This document shows positions 1 through 10,032 of a stretch of 59,143 nucleotides of DNA, piece by piece. Within the stretch, counting starts at the first letter, position 1; each line of letters opens with the position of its first letter. Location of the stretch: IMG/VR virus record IMGVR_UViG_3300007512_002205, positions 62,001 through 121,143 of that record. One strand, written 5' to 3'. A model generated the notes under the pieces. The model was given only the letters and a program-made list of their open reading frames with translations. It did not search any database and was not told the DNA's origin. The position numbers and the translations under genes are program-made. Source of the DNA: an uncultured virus (IMG/VR IMGVR_UViG_3300007512_002205). Taxonomy: Duplodnaviria; Heunggongvirae; Uroviricota; Caudoviricetes.

Positions 1-1233
1 ATAAACCGTATATTGGCCAGAAGCGACATCAAGGAATCCACCGTGAGTTTCCGGCGATCCTGGGGCGTCGAACCTTGTCACGATGACGGTCTTGTTGAAT
101 GAGCTGCTGTGTTCTGCCAAATGTCTTCTTGGCATATCGAAATCCAAAACGCCAGATACAGTCGTCGATTCTCCCTCTTGGATATTGAACCCATTATTGT
201 CAATAAATGCCAAATTATTGTTGGTGGCTTGAACCACTTGATAGTTTTTATCAAAGTTTCCAATAAAATCAGATGCTGTATGGTATTCAACATTCTTTAT
301 ATTCACAGCTCTGCGGACGAACTCCTCACTTGAATACTTTGAGAATGGACGATCAACATCTCTTTCGTCAACCCCTGTCGTCCTTCCTTCTCGCACATAA
401 ACAATTCCGCCTGAAGAGTCGACTCTGAACATTTCCGGTCTTGTCTCTGCTGTGTCTGAACCATCGGAAAGCTTTTGCCTTCTATGAAGGAACCCACCAA
501 CATGCGTTCTTGTGAACGGGCCTTGAAGTGGTTTTGAATAATCACCATAATAAACGTCGTCGTGGTGCCCTAGCATCTGGACAGGGTGAGACAGGGTGAG
601 TGCCGTCTGATATCCTTTATTTATGGAACTGCTATATAAAACAAAAGGTAAGATGTTATACCCATGAACCTCTGCATTGTTCAGAACATCGTTGGGAACA
701 ACGCTAACGACAGTTTTTTCCACATCTTTTGAAGGATAATCTTTTGAGGTGTAAATCTGATCCGAGTCCAAAGTTACATTGTAATAGTCTCCCGTGTCAA
801 CCGAGAAATACCCTCTGAAATGGTCAGGTGTGTGCCCTTTGTTTTTGTTGAGGCCTCCGACGAAACAACGACTTTTCTTAAGAGAAAGTGTGTAAGGTTT
901 TCTGTTTAGAAAAGAATAGTCTCTGTTGTAAATCGCATGGATATTAATTCTGCTTTTTACTTCACCAGAGCTGTTTGTCGGAAAACTATTGGCGTTTCTT
1001 TCTGCTCTCAGGTTCCACCAAACATTTGTTCCGGTAGATTCTTTTGATGCGTCATATCGGCGATTTTCATATTTCTTTTCTTCTTCAGAGACAAAAGGCT
1101 TCCCTTCCTCTGTTACATTGTATTTCTTCTCAACGTACTCAGGTGTCTCATGGACAACACCAATCACAGACGGAACGTCATCTACGTTTGTCTGTGGGTG
1201 ATGTTCACTTGAAGGTCTTCCTTTACCTATCAC
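1..1233 (-). CDS. Partial large virion/baseplate-associated protein (runs off left edge); possibly the continuation of 1223..4708 in another frame
   Basis: Not in the ORF track. I read this frame codon by codon: it is open from 1257 to base 1 (HLVEEAAEVIGKGRPSSEHHPQ...WWNLRAERN...PLQGPFTRTHVGG...RFDAPGSPETHGGFLDVASGQYTVY). GTG at 1233-1231 is preceded by GAGGAGG at 8 nt; the first in-frame ATG is only at 576. Confidence 0.8.
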   Translation of the reverse strand, partial: MIGKGRPSSEHHPQTNVDDVPSVIGVVHETPEYVEKKYNVTEEGKPFVSEEEKKYENRRYDASKESTGTNVWWNLRAERNANSFPTNSSGEVKSRINIHAIYNRDYSFLNRKPYTLSLKKSRCFVGGLNKNKGHTPDHFRGYFSVDTGDYYNVTLDSDQIYTSKDYPSKDVEKTVVSVVPNDVLNNAEVHGYNILPFVLYSSSINKGYQTALTLSHPVQMLGHHDDVYYGDYSKPLQGPFTRTHVGGFLHRRQKLSDGSDTAETRPEMFRVDSSGGIVYVREGRTTGVDERDVDRPFSKYSSEEFVRRAVNIKNVEYHTASDFIGNFDKNYQVVQATNNNLAFIDNNGFNIQEGESTTVSGVLDFDMPRRHLAEHSSSFNKTVIVTRFDAPGSPETHGGFLDVASGQYTVY

Positions 1234-4200
1234 TTCCGCCGCCTCCTCGACCAAATGCTATGTCGATATAAAACTTGTTATTGTAATACAAAACCCTGTT
1301 GCGATCCAACGAAGCCACTCTCTTGTTTGGTTTGTCAACAATTGCCCCTTCTTTTTCTTGTGGTCTGTTCGAAGCTTTCCCAACCTTGTTTGTTTTTGTG
1401 AAACCTGCCGATGTTTCTTTTGTTCTGTCTGTATATAATAGTTTTTGCCTATATTTATTTCTCTCAAGAATGTGGTTTTCAATTACAGTGTTGACCTCTT
1501 CCGACGAATCAGCCGATGCGGGGACAAGATTCAACACAACCACATCAAGTGCCGCATCCAACCATTTGTACAATGAAACATACTTGTCTAAATCAGGATC
1601 GTTTTCAATCTTATCAAAAAATAATTGTCTTAAATACTTAAGGCCCTTGTATTCTGTTTCAAAACTGTTGACTGGCTCACCAACAAGGTTGTTAAAATCA
1701 ACAACCGTTGCAAAAAAGTCAAGCATGTTTCTTGAAATGATATCGTACATACTTGATTCAAACGCAAAGTAATATTTGATCGGGCGAGCTTCTCTTATGA
1801 AAACGTCATCTCTTTCAAGGATTTGAATCATGTCAGATGAGTTTAAGTTCTCTGGCATTTGTTGTTTTGAAGTTGGAACAAACTCCACCTTTTTGACATT
1901 TCCGCTTGATGTGAAAAACTTTCCTTGCCCATAATGTTGGATATCTACAAGATCTGAATAATCAATGTATCTCGATGCCAACGCAAGTGAACCAGACGAA
2001 ACATCTGCAACAAAAATCTCTCCCTGCGTGTTCGATGCCGTTACCTTTGAAAAATCCCAGTGAAGAGCGAGTGTGTCTTTCTTTGGAATTGAACTTGCAG
2101 TAAGACCAATCTCCCAAACAAAAGCACTTTGCCCAGGATTTGTTCGTCCAAAATTGAAAATATCACGGGCATGAGCCTTCAACTCATCTTCTGACAAATA
2201 GTCCTGCCAAACTCTGGTTGAAAGGTTTCTATATTCTGAGGGGAATGATAACGCGCCTGTCACATCTGCACGTTCCGCTCCAATATAAACCCTCTTTGCT
2301 GTAGTTGCAAAGGATTCTCCCCTGGACACTGAAAAACTCGCCGATGCTGAAAATTGCTGTTGTAAATTCCCAAGTTCGTATCTATACCCATTGAACTTCA
2401 TCTCATAATATGAGGCTGTTACGATCCCATCTGTAAACGGATACTCAAGAGGTTTAACTCTAAAAGATAAATTCCAAACAGAATCATCATAGACATCATA
2501 AAAATTGTCTGTCTCAAGGTTCACCCCAACAGACGATGTTAATATGAATTTTGTCAAGTTATCACGACGAACCGCATAAACACTTACCTGTGTATTTCCA
2601 CTTCCATCAAAGCCGGTGTCTTGTGGGTCATCTTCATTTGCGTCTCTGCAACCAAACAACGATTTAGTTGTAAAGGTGTTTGGTGGCTCAAACAGCTCAC
2701 CCTGTTTTCTTGACTCTCTTGGGAAAAAGGCGTTGACCTCTGCTGTGAACGGAGTTAAATTATTTGTCGCCCCAGATACAAAAGCGGCACTGTTATCGTT
2801 TTCAGACTCTTTGAATTGATAAACAACTGCTCCAACGTTCTCTTTGTCAAACCATCTTGTAAAGTCTATCGCATCTTTCTTCCCTGATGTGTTGACAAAA
2901 TCATTCTCAAACCTATATTCAACATTGTCCGCATAAATATTTAAATTGAAAAGCTCATCGTCGACACCATAACACCGAATAAGATTCCTTATCGCCTTGT
3001 CCGTTCCCTTTGATTTATAAATGTGAGATAAATTGTTGTAAATGTTCTTATAAATCTTATTCTTAAGGTTGTGTACGCTATCTGAATAGACCTCTTCTTC
3101 GTTCTGGTCAAGCAGTGCCTCTAAAACATCTGAATCTACAAAAAGCTCTGGTACATCAAAACCAAGACTTGTCAACAAACGGTTATTATGTGAAAACTCC
3201 TTGACATCATTGTTGGTGTACTCAATATCTTTAACTCTGTTTATGTTCTGCGCCTGAAGGTGGAGTGTGTCGAAGTAACTCGCAAGCACCTGCAAAAATT
3301 TTGTCAACTGCAAGCCTGTTTGTGAATCCTCATCTCTAATCCACAACGGCATTGAATTCACTAAGCTTGAGTTGTTTGTCGCATCATGTTGTCTTCCTAA
3401 AGCAACCTTTTCTGCCTCGTATGCAACGACTTTCGGGTGTTTACTATAAACAACGAGATCCTGCTCTTCTGTTGAAATTCCCGAATCTGTTACAGCAGAA
3501 CCTGTGCTTCTTGAAGAACCAGACACATAGCCTTGCCACGAACCATTCGAAAGCCTTCCAGAATAATCTAAAACGGCTGAGTCTATGCTGTTTACTCCGG
3601 TGAACCCCTCGTTGAATTTGAAATAAATGCCAAGGTCTGTGTTCGCATCGTCTGTATTTGTTCCACCACCGACATGTGTGAAATAGTTTCTTCCGATTTC
3701 ACGGCCTGTCCTTTCTTTTCTCCAAAACCTAAACTCATCAATCGAACCTGTAAGTTTGCCAGAGCCTTCTGCCGATGCTGTTATTGCAGTTCCGCCAAGC
3801 GCACCGATGGTTCCTTTCAAAGACCCTGTGATACTTGGAGGCAAGTCGTCAAAAGATGTTGTTGTCTTTTCATCTTTATACTCGCCATCAATGTAGAGAC
3901 GAACCTTGAAACCAAGTGACGATGAGGATTGCACAATTGCATAGTGCCTCCATGTATCATCAGCAGAACTTGTTAGACTTGTATTTAATTGGAGTGTCCC
4001 AACTTCAAAATAATGACTCGATGTTGTTCCAAGCCCCGTTGCTAGTGTGTATGAAATGAGATCATTCGTGCCATCACTCTCTTGATAGATATAAAGTTGT
4101 CGATACAACTCTTTATCCATAAGATAAAATATGCATTGTTTTGCTGTTTCGGTTGACGAATTGGGCCAAGCCTTTTGCTTCAACCAAAACTCGACAGTCG

Positions 4201-4708
4201 AACCGCTTGCAAAATCAATTCTCAGATTGTTATCGCGACCCTTTGTCTCCTTAAGGATGTTTCCCTCGGTTGCACCATAAAATGTTATATATTCTGGTGA
4301 ACTTGATGAACCAAAACCATCCTGCTGATCATTCGTATATGTCGGATTAGCACCAAATATAGCGTAACCTGTGCTTCTCGGGTAATCTTGGTCAACAAGG
4401 TGTTTCTCAAAAGGTGTTATGTTGTTATAAAATTCAAGCTTCTCTGCCTTTGAGCCATCATATGGATATTGTTTATAAATTCGTTGAACACCATCCTCAT
4501 AATACCTCTCTGCTGAACCGTAACGGGCAAAATTGCTTGCCGTTGTATAGTCAACATTCGGGATATACCCTTTCGTCCTCTTTTTGTATTGTGTTATGTA
4601 ATCAGCAGACTCAACATCAGAAGAAAACTCACCTAATGTTTTTCTTATAGAACCTTTATAGTTCTGCTGTTGGACTTTTTGTTTCTCAAAAAGCTTTTTG
4701 GCGCTCAT
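1223..4708 (-). CDS. Large virion structural protein with LamG/concanavalin-A-like domain(s), baseplate region
   Basis: 1161 aa; LamG-type motifs STVEFWLK, WRHYAIV, LYIDG, GSIDEFRFW; adjacent to baseplate genes. Confidence 0.75.
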   Translation of the reverse strand: MSAKKLFEKQKVQQQNYKGSIRKTLGEFSSDVESADYITQYKKRTKGYIPNVDYTTASNFARYGSAERYYEDGVQRIYKQYPYDGSKAEKLEFYNNITPFEKHLVDQDYPRSTGYAIFGANPTYTNDQQDGFGSSSSPEYITFYGATEGNILKETKGRDNNLRIDFASGSTVEFWLKQKAWPNSSTETAKQCIFYLMDKELYRQLYIYQESDGTNDLISYTLATGLGTTSSHYFEVGTLQLNTSLTSSADDTWRHYAIVQSSSSLGFKVRLYIDGEYKDEKTTTSFDDLPPSITGSLKGTIGALGGTAITASAEGSGKLTGSIDEFRFWRKERTGREIGRNYFTHVGGGTNTDDANTDLGIYFKFNEGFTGVNSIDSAVLDYSGRLSNGSWQGYVSGSSRSTGSAVTDSGISTEEQDLVVYSKHPKVVAYEAEKVALGRQHDATNNSSLVNSMPLWIRDEDSQTGLQLTKFLQVLASYFDTLHLQAQNINRVKDIEYTNNDVKEFSHNNRLLTSLGFDVPELFVDSDVLEALLDQNEEEVYSDSVHNLKNKIYKNIYNNLSHIYKSKGTDKAIRNLIRCYGVDDELFNLNIYADNVEYRFENDFVNTSGKKDAIDFTRWFDKENVGAVVYQFKESENDNSAAFVSGATNNLTPFTAEVNAFFPRESRKQGELFEPPNTFTTKSLFGCRDANEDDPQDTGFDGSGNTQVSVYAVRRDNLTKFILTSSVGVNLETDNFYDVYDDSVWNLSFRVKPLEYPFTDGIVTASYYEMKFNGYRYELGNLQQQFSASASFSVSRGESFATTAKRVYIGAERADVTGALSFPSEYRNLSTRVWQDYLSEDELKAHARDIFNFGRTNPGQSAFVWEIGLTASSIPKKDTLALHWDFSKVTASNTQGEIFVADVSSGSLALASRYIDYSDLVDIQHYGQGKFFTSSGNVKKVEFVPTSKQQMPENLNSSDMIQILERDDVFIREARPIKYYFAFESSMYDIISRNMLDFFATVVDFNNLVGEPVNSFETEYKGLKYLRQLFFDKIENDPDLDKYVSLYKWLDAALDVVVLNLVPASADSSEEVNTVIENHILERNKYRQKLLYTDRTKETSAGFTKTNKVGKASNRPQEKEGAIVDKPNKRVASLDRNRVLYYNNKFYIDIAFGRGGGGSDR

Positions 4709-6180
4709 TATTCAACCCTAAATTTGAATTCTTCCTTTGGTTCAACCAAGTCACCATATATATCATAGAGGAATTTAAGCTTGTATTGGAATCCTGGTTC
4801 TAGCATTGACATGTCCAAATCGAAATAACTTCCATTCTTATCATATGATAATAATGTGTGTTGGGTGCTCCCCGTTCCATAATTGAAAATGGTAAAATCA
4901 TCAGCCGCACGAGACAGTTTATAATATACCTTTTCAATCACACTATTAGAGGCGCTTGCGTTTGCCTCCGTATAAATAGTTGGGCACCAATCTTTCTCAC
5001 GAATGAACAAGCGAAACCTTGCCCTTTCATCTTTAGAATAATTCGCCTTTAAATTAACAATCTTTGTCGCATATCTTTTTGTGTTGTACTCTTCACCGGC
5101 TTCAAAGGTCTTTACGGAAATCGAAGAGCCGGTATGATACTCTGTGCTTCCCGTATGCCACACAGGAAAGATTGTCTTTGCAGAGCCTGTATACGCAAAT
5201 GAGGCCGAATACACTCCTGTTTCAACCCATCCACCTGTAGCATTCACATCGTTGTTGCTAACGACCCCTCCCCCGATGGGTAAGGTTATTTTATTGGGGC
5301 TTGGATCCACGCTGCCAGTATCTGAAACATAAACACTTATGAGGATTTTGTTTGTCCTGTCCAAGCCGGGAATGTTCTTCTTTTGCCCCCTTACAAAATT
5401 GTAGAGATAAAGGGTGTTAAGGTTATCTTCTCCGGGAACAAGAGAGCTGCTTAAATAGAAATTCTTAAAATCATCTTGTTTTGCTGAATTCCATCGAGCC
5501 TCAAGAACTGGGCGGCGCATATAGTATTCGCTATTTCGACCAAAGAACTTCTTTGTATGGTATGATTGTGCAGCACTTTCATGGCTTGAAGACAAAAACA
5601 CCCCAAAACCACCCGTGTTCGCCATCGTACCAGCAATCCAGCTTTCAACAATTGAAGTTACATCAGCCTCAAGATCTTCATTCCCAACTTCAAAATAATG
5701 ACTCGATGTTGTATACGCCGACGATGAAAGGAAATCCCCTCCCGCATCTCGCCAGCCAGAACCCGATCCAAGACTCGCAGATGTCCAATTGCAAACATCA
5801 AGGTCCTTATATTCATCCATATCAAGACCTTCACCTTCTGTCCACGAACGTGAAACTGCTGCGATACTCAATGTAAACTTTCTTGGAAGACTGTTGCTGT
5901 GCTCTGCGTTGAACATCTTCAAATAGAACCTAAGATTATCACTACCACTTAAAGGAATATCCTCAGCCGCCCTTGAAGAGGAGATCTCTGTCATAACAGG
6001 AAAGTCGATCAGAACTCTTGCCAATTCTGATGAAGACGTTGAAGCTTGAGCATAAACACTGAATACTTCTAGTATATCAGAAGCGCCCATGTTTGAACCC
6101 GTCGCCCTCGTAGACAAATCTGATTTATAGGCGTTTGTTATCGTTGTATCTTTTGTGGCGTAGAATCTCTTGATACCCAT
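4708..6180 (-). CDS. Putative virion structural protein (beta-rich, baseplate module)
   Basis: 490 aa, S/T/G-rich; coupled by TAATG overlaps to the baseplate wedge gene and the LamG gene. Confidence 0.55.
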   Translation of the reverse strand: MGIKRFYATKDTTITNAYKSDLSTRATGSNMGASDILEVFSVYAQASTSSSELARVLIDFPVMTEISSSRAAEDIPLSGSDNLRFYLKMFNAEHSNSLPRKFTLSIAAVSRSWTEGEGLDMDEYKDLDVCNWTSASLGSGSGWRDAGGDFLSSSAYTTSSHYFEVGNEDLEADVTSIVESWIAGTMANTGGFGVFLSSSHESAAQSYHTKKFFGRNSEYYMRRPVLEARWNSAKQDDFKNFYLSSSLVPGEDNLNTLYLYNFVRGQKKNIPGLDRTNKILISVYVSDTGSVDPSPNKITLPIGGGVVSNNDVNATGGWVETGVYSASFAYTGSAKTIFPVWHTGSTEYHTGSSISVKTFEAGEEYNTKRYATKIVNLKANYSKDERARFRLFIREKDWCPTIYTEANASASNSVIEKVYYKLSRAADDFTIFNYGTGSTQHTLLSYDKNGSYFDLDMSMLEPGFQYKLKFLYDIYGDLVEPKEEFKFRVE

Positions 6181-7970
6181 TATTTAATGATTCCTGTTAT
6201 ATCGTTATCCAAATCTCTGATTTCTAATATCATATCCTCTGGGACAATAAGCACACGCCCATTCTTCTTCAAGTTGTCAGAGACATCAAATTGTGCGCTA
6301 CTGTAATTAGTTCCCGTCTTTCTATTAATGACAACTTTTATCGTGTCAACAACGTCATCAACGTCATTCAAGGCTTTGTATATATCTCCAAGGTAAAGAG
6401 GTTCTCCGATCCTAAATTTCGTTTTGTAAAGCTCTTTCAACTCTTGAAGGCACTCATTCAAAGCCGTTGTTTTATCTGCATCAAATTCACTTACCACCTC
6501 AAAGGTTATTGAAATGTTTGCTATCGTTGCATCCAAAATATCAACAGTATCGTTGATCATCTTAAATCTATTAAGCCACGTTTTCAAATTCTTCTTCAGA
6601 GATGTTGTCGCCCTAATAAGATTGCCATCGACATCTTCAGAGATGACATAGAGATTCAAATTTCTTTTAAAGGAATCTTTGTCTTGAACGATATTAACCC
6701 TCTTCACCGCACCAAACCTTGCTGGCATTCTATAACAAAGGCTGATGTAGTCCTGTCTCGTAACTGCCCTGTTTTGCGAAGCATAGGAGTCAATCGCTCT
6801 CATTTTGATTTCGTCAACAGACGGCAATGAAACAGAACCAACAATAGGATTTTCGTTATCAACTTCAAAATTTGAAATCGATGCAAGCGCCGAAGCTCTT
6901 GTTGTCACACTCTCTCTAAATTCGACATTGGTTGAGACAACAGAGTCGATTGAACCCACAGGGGCATTAACATTATCAGTTGTGTTGACGCGATATCGAA
7001 CAGTTAAAATTGTATTGGCGGGGGCTATGCCCATCTTTTCTGTTTTACTTATCTTGTTTGGATCAAACGAAGTTCCAATGAAATAATCCTTACCATGCAT
7101 CTTTAAGACTGCTGACGTTGGATCGGGGAACACTTTGTCAATCAACTCTTGCTCCGTTCCAGACCCAAACTGTATTGCCGTTTCTTCATCCAAATCATGA
7201 ATCACGACAAACCTTCTCGGTGTTTGAAGCTCTTTCAAGATATAAGGGGTTGTTTCAAAATCTGATTGAAGGTTTCTAACCCCTTTGAATACTGTATCTT
7301 GTGAAAGGTAATCCACCTCATAATACTCACGACCCTCTGTATCAACAACAGACAAAATTTCTGTAACGTTGTCATCTGGCAGGGTTAGCTTCAAAAATTT
7401 CTGTTCACTGCCGACCTCAAATGTTGTTTCTCTAACCTCGCCAGATACAATTTCTCCATAGGCTTTCATCGCATACGAAATAACCGTCCCGTCTGAATCA
7501 ACATTTGCGACTTTAATTAAGGTGTCAGAGCGCCCAAAATCGACATCTTCGTTCAAAATAAATTGTGCCCCGCTATCTGAGCTGACGAGGGTTCCGGCTT
7601 TAAGAATTGGAATTAAGTCAGGGTTGGGGGAACCGCCGTTTGATGTAGCGGGCACTGTAACAAAAAAGGCCGCCACACCTGTTGATGATGGTGAGCCGGG
7701 TACTTTGTACCCCATTTGACGAGCAAGTTTTAAAACGTTTTTTGTCTCAATCGATGTTTCAAGAAAACTTTCATTGGCTTGATAATCAACATAAAAAGAA
7801 AGAATATCTCCAACATAAGAGACGAGATCGATCATCAAAGAACCAAACGAAGCCTCGTTAAAATCCTTATATGTATCAGGGTAATAAATCTTTGCATAAT
7901 TTATGAGGTCATTTCGAATTGATTCGAAATCTCTACTCGTATATGAAATCGGTGGTCTTGTTTTTGCCAT
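6180..7970 (-). CDS. Baseplate wedge subunit (T4 gp6 / baseplate J-like)
   Basis: N-terminal YTSRDFESIRNDLINYAKIYYPDTYKDFNEASFGSLMIDLVSYVGDILSFY, plus IQFGSG and QNRAVTRQDY motifs typical of gp6-like wedges. Confidence 0.9.
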   Translation of the reverse strand: MAKTRPPISYTSRDFESIRNDLINYAKIYYPDTYKDFNEASFGSLMIDLVSYVGDILSFYVDYQANESFLETSIETKNVLKLARQMGYKVPGSPSSTGVAAFFVTVPATSNGGSPNPDLIPILKAGTLVSSDSGAQFILNEDVDFGRSDTLIKVANVDSDGTVISYAMKAYGEIVSGEVRETTFEVGSEQKFLKLTLPDDNVTEILSVVDTEGREYYEVDYLSQDTVFKGVRNLQSDFETTPYILKELQTPRRFVVIHDLDEETAIQFGSGTEQELIDKVFPDPTSAVLKMHGKDYFIGTSFDPNKISKTEKMGIAPANTILTVRYRVNTTDNVNAPVGSIDSVVSTNVEFRESVTTRASALASISNFEVDNENPIVGSVSLPSVDEIKMRAIDSYASQNRAVTRQDYISLCYRMPARFGAVKRVNIVQDKDSFKRNLNLYVISEDVDGNLIRATTSLKKNLKTWLNRFKMINDTVDILDATIANISITFEVVSEFDADKTTALNECLQELKELYKTKFRIGEPLYLGDIYKALNDVDDVVDTIKVVINRKTGTNYSSAQFDVSDNLKKNGRVLIVPEDMILEIRDLDNDITGIIK

Positions 7971-8362
7971 TATTCTATTCCCTTATCACTTATATTGAGG
8001 GTTAATGTATCATCAGCGTTGAGTGGAATGATATAATAGTTAATTCCCACATAAAGTTTGTTTGGTTCTTCCTCTGGTGTTTGAATGTTTACGTCTTCAA
8101 TTTTAACAAAAGGCATATAAATTTCAGTTTGAGTTATGATTCGCTCTTCAATCACCTCAATAAAGGCGGAATCTATGTTCTCAAAAAGAAGTTGGTGAAG
8201 GCCCACACCAAAATCGGGGTCCATTATCCTCTCCCCTTTGACGGTTAAGACCATATTCTTGAAATTCTGCTTGATCGTCTCTTGAAAGGTCTTCGTCAGA
8301 GCAAATGGCCCATCGATCTTGCTATACACCAAGGGCAATTTTACAGAAATTCCACTAGCCAT
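7970..8362 (-). CDS. Baseplate wedge protein, gp25/GPW family
   Basis: 130 aa; IKQNFKNMVLTVKGERIMDPDFGVGLHQLLFE signature; directly upstream of the gp6-like gene. Confidence 0.9.
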   Translation of the reverse strand: MASGISVKLPLVYSKIDGPFALTKTFQETIKQNFKNMVLTVKGERIMDPDFGVGLHQLLFENIDSAFIEVIEERIITQTEIYMPFVKIEDVNIQTPEEEPNKLYVGINYYIIPLNADDTLTLNISDKGIE

Positions 8363-8364
8363 AA

Positions 8365-10032
8365 TTATACCTCGTCAAACTTTGACAAATTCCTCAACAT
8401 CGCATCGATTGATTTCTTATACTTGTTCAATTCAAACCTATCCTCTTCTCTGATAATGTCTCTCATCGATTTGTTATCTTTCCCAACTTTGCGATCCACC
8501 AAAGAACTATAATAAATAGGATAGATTGCATTAAGTAAGTCATACGGAAGGGTTTTATTGATAAAATCTTTTGTCTTCTGATCTTTTTCAAGAGCAAGAA
8601 CCGGCTTTGAAAGAATAGAAAAGAACGTCGCCCCTGTTCCCTGTCCAGCAAGTTGCAAAGCTGGCGCTTGAGAAATAAGTTCAAACTCAAAAGGGTTTAT
8701 TGGAGTTACCGCCTCTGAAATGACAACGGGGAACGTTAATGTGAAGATTCTATCTTTCTTTGCTAACTTAAAACCGGGAAACTTTTGTCCGTCAGCGAAT
8801 TTCTTTCCAATGGTTCCTTGGGGAACTTCGTTGACAAAGCCAACTCTTATTCCTGCTTTTTCCATCATCATTTTTTCCGTATCAATTTTCTTTTCCGGCA
8901 ACTTACCCGACAATATTTGCGATAAAATACCTTTTGTGCCCTCTCTGAAATGGAGTCTTAGGGTGTCAACAGAGCGCCATCCACTTAAAGTGGATCCCTG
9001 AAATATACCGCTATCCAAAATTGTCGAAACTTTCCCAAGTTCCGGGTGCATGTTCCACCCGAATGTTGGCTTTGGGCTTTCTATTTCATTTGTGCTGTTT
9101 AATAGTGAGTATATGGAGCCCGCCCTCAAAGCTTCAACGTAAGATAAGTTCATGACCAATCTCACACCAATCTCATCTGGCACAAGAGGCGGGAAGTTTT
9201 GAAGATGCTGTTTACTCGTAACTGACTTCAGTTCTTTAAGCCTCACCATTGCCTTTCCAGCTTCGGATAAAGACATATATTTAAATTGCTCTCTTCCAAA
9301 TCCAACCAGTTTTGAATTTCTGAAAAAGATCTCCAAAAAGAACTTTGGCCTTGTCTTCAAAAAATTCCAATCGGCTGTTGTTTCTAAATCAAATCTCTCT
9401 GTTTTATTTTCTGGCTTTATTGAAGAATCAAACTTCCTAATATCTCCAAAGCTTATCAAATCATTTGATGCGTAATGCTCTCCAAATAAAAGATCGTCGC
9501 CTTCTCCGGTTAAAAACTCTGGAAATATCTTATCGTTCCCTTGGACTACCTTTCCGACCTCACTAATATAGCTCCCGATGTTCCACAAATTATACATGTT
9601 TGTTGGGATATATCCCCAAGTGCTATCTGTATTGAAAAGTTGCCCAATGAACCCATCAGAAACAAGCTTCTTTTTCTTTGTTGAGAACCTCTTTCCAAGC
9701 TCTTCTAACATCTCATAAAGAACACTCATGAACACATCAAAGAGGGCTTTTTTAGATGCTTCTACAATTTCCGTCTCCCCTTTCCCTTCGAACAAAAAAT
9801 CTTTGTCTTCGAACAAAGCTGCAAGTCTATAGGCCACTAATAAATCGCCAACGTCGTTCTCAAATCTCTCCATGAAAAAAGAAACCAATGGTTTAAGTTT
9901 GTCGGAAGTAAGCCCTGGTATCTCTGCATACGCCGGATATGTAAACAACAAGTAGTCAGTAAGAAAGGCTCTTATCCTCTCTCTTGCAGAGGCTCCTTGT
10001 AAAACAGAATTAATAGAATCGTAACCAAGCAT
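8365..10032 (-). CDS. Hypothetical protein (structural module)
   Basis: 555 aa ORF, co-oriented and abutting; no recognisable motif. Confidence 0.6.
   Translation of the reverse strand: MLGYDSINSVLQGASARERIRAFLTDYLLFTYPAYAEIPGLTSDKLKPLVSFFMERFENDVGDLLVAYRLAALFEDKDFLFEGKGETEIVEASKKALFDVFMSVLYEMLEELGKRFSTKKKKLVSDGFIGQLFNTDSTWGYIPTNMYNLWNIGSYISEVGKVVQGNDKIFPEFLTGEGDDLLFGEHYASNDLISFGDIRKFDSSIKPENKTERFDLETTADWNFLKTRPKFFLEIFFRNSKLVGFGREQFKYMSLSEAGKAMVRLKELKSVTSKQHLQNFPPLVPDEIGVRLVMNLSYVEALRAGSIYSLLNSTNEIESPKPTFGWNMHPELGKVSTILDSGIFQGSTLSGWRSVDTLRLHFREGTKGILSQILSGKLPEKKIDTEKMMMEKAGIRVGFVNEVPQGTIGKKFADGQKFPGFKLAKKDRIFTLTFPVVISEAVTPINPFEFELISQAPALQLAGQGTGATFFSILSKPVLALEKDQKTKDFINKTLPYDLLNAIYPIYYSSLVDRKVGKDNKSMRDIIREEDRFELNKYKKSIDAMLRNLSKFDEV

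Noticed and set aside
580..600. Tandem repeat GACAGGGTGA x2
   Set aside because: Only two 10-nt copies inside an open frame; no frameshift or array.
1258..1482. Stop-codon reassignment (TAG readthrough) joining this short ORF to the left-edge ORF
   Set aside because: Genes are full length in code 11 and several end in TAG (e.g. 44816, 45690, 57674); the 74-aa ORF is an off-frame shadow inside the LamG gene.
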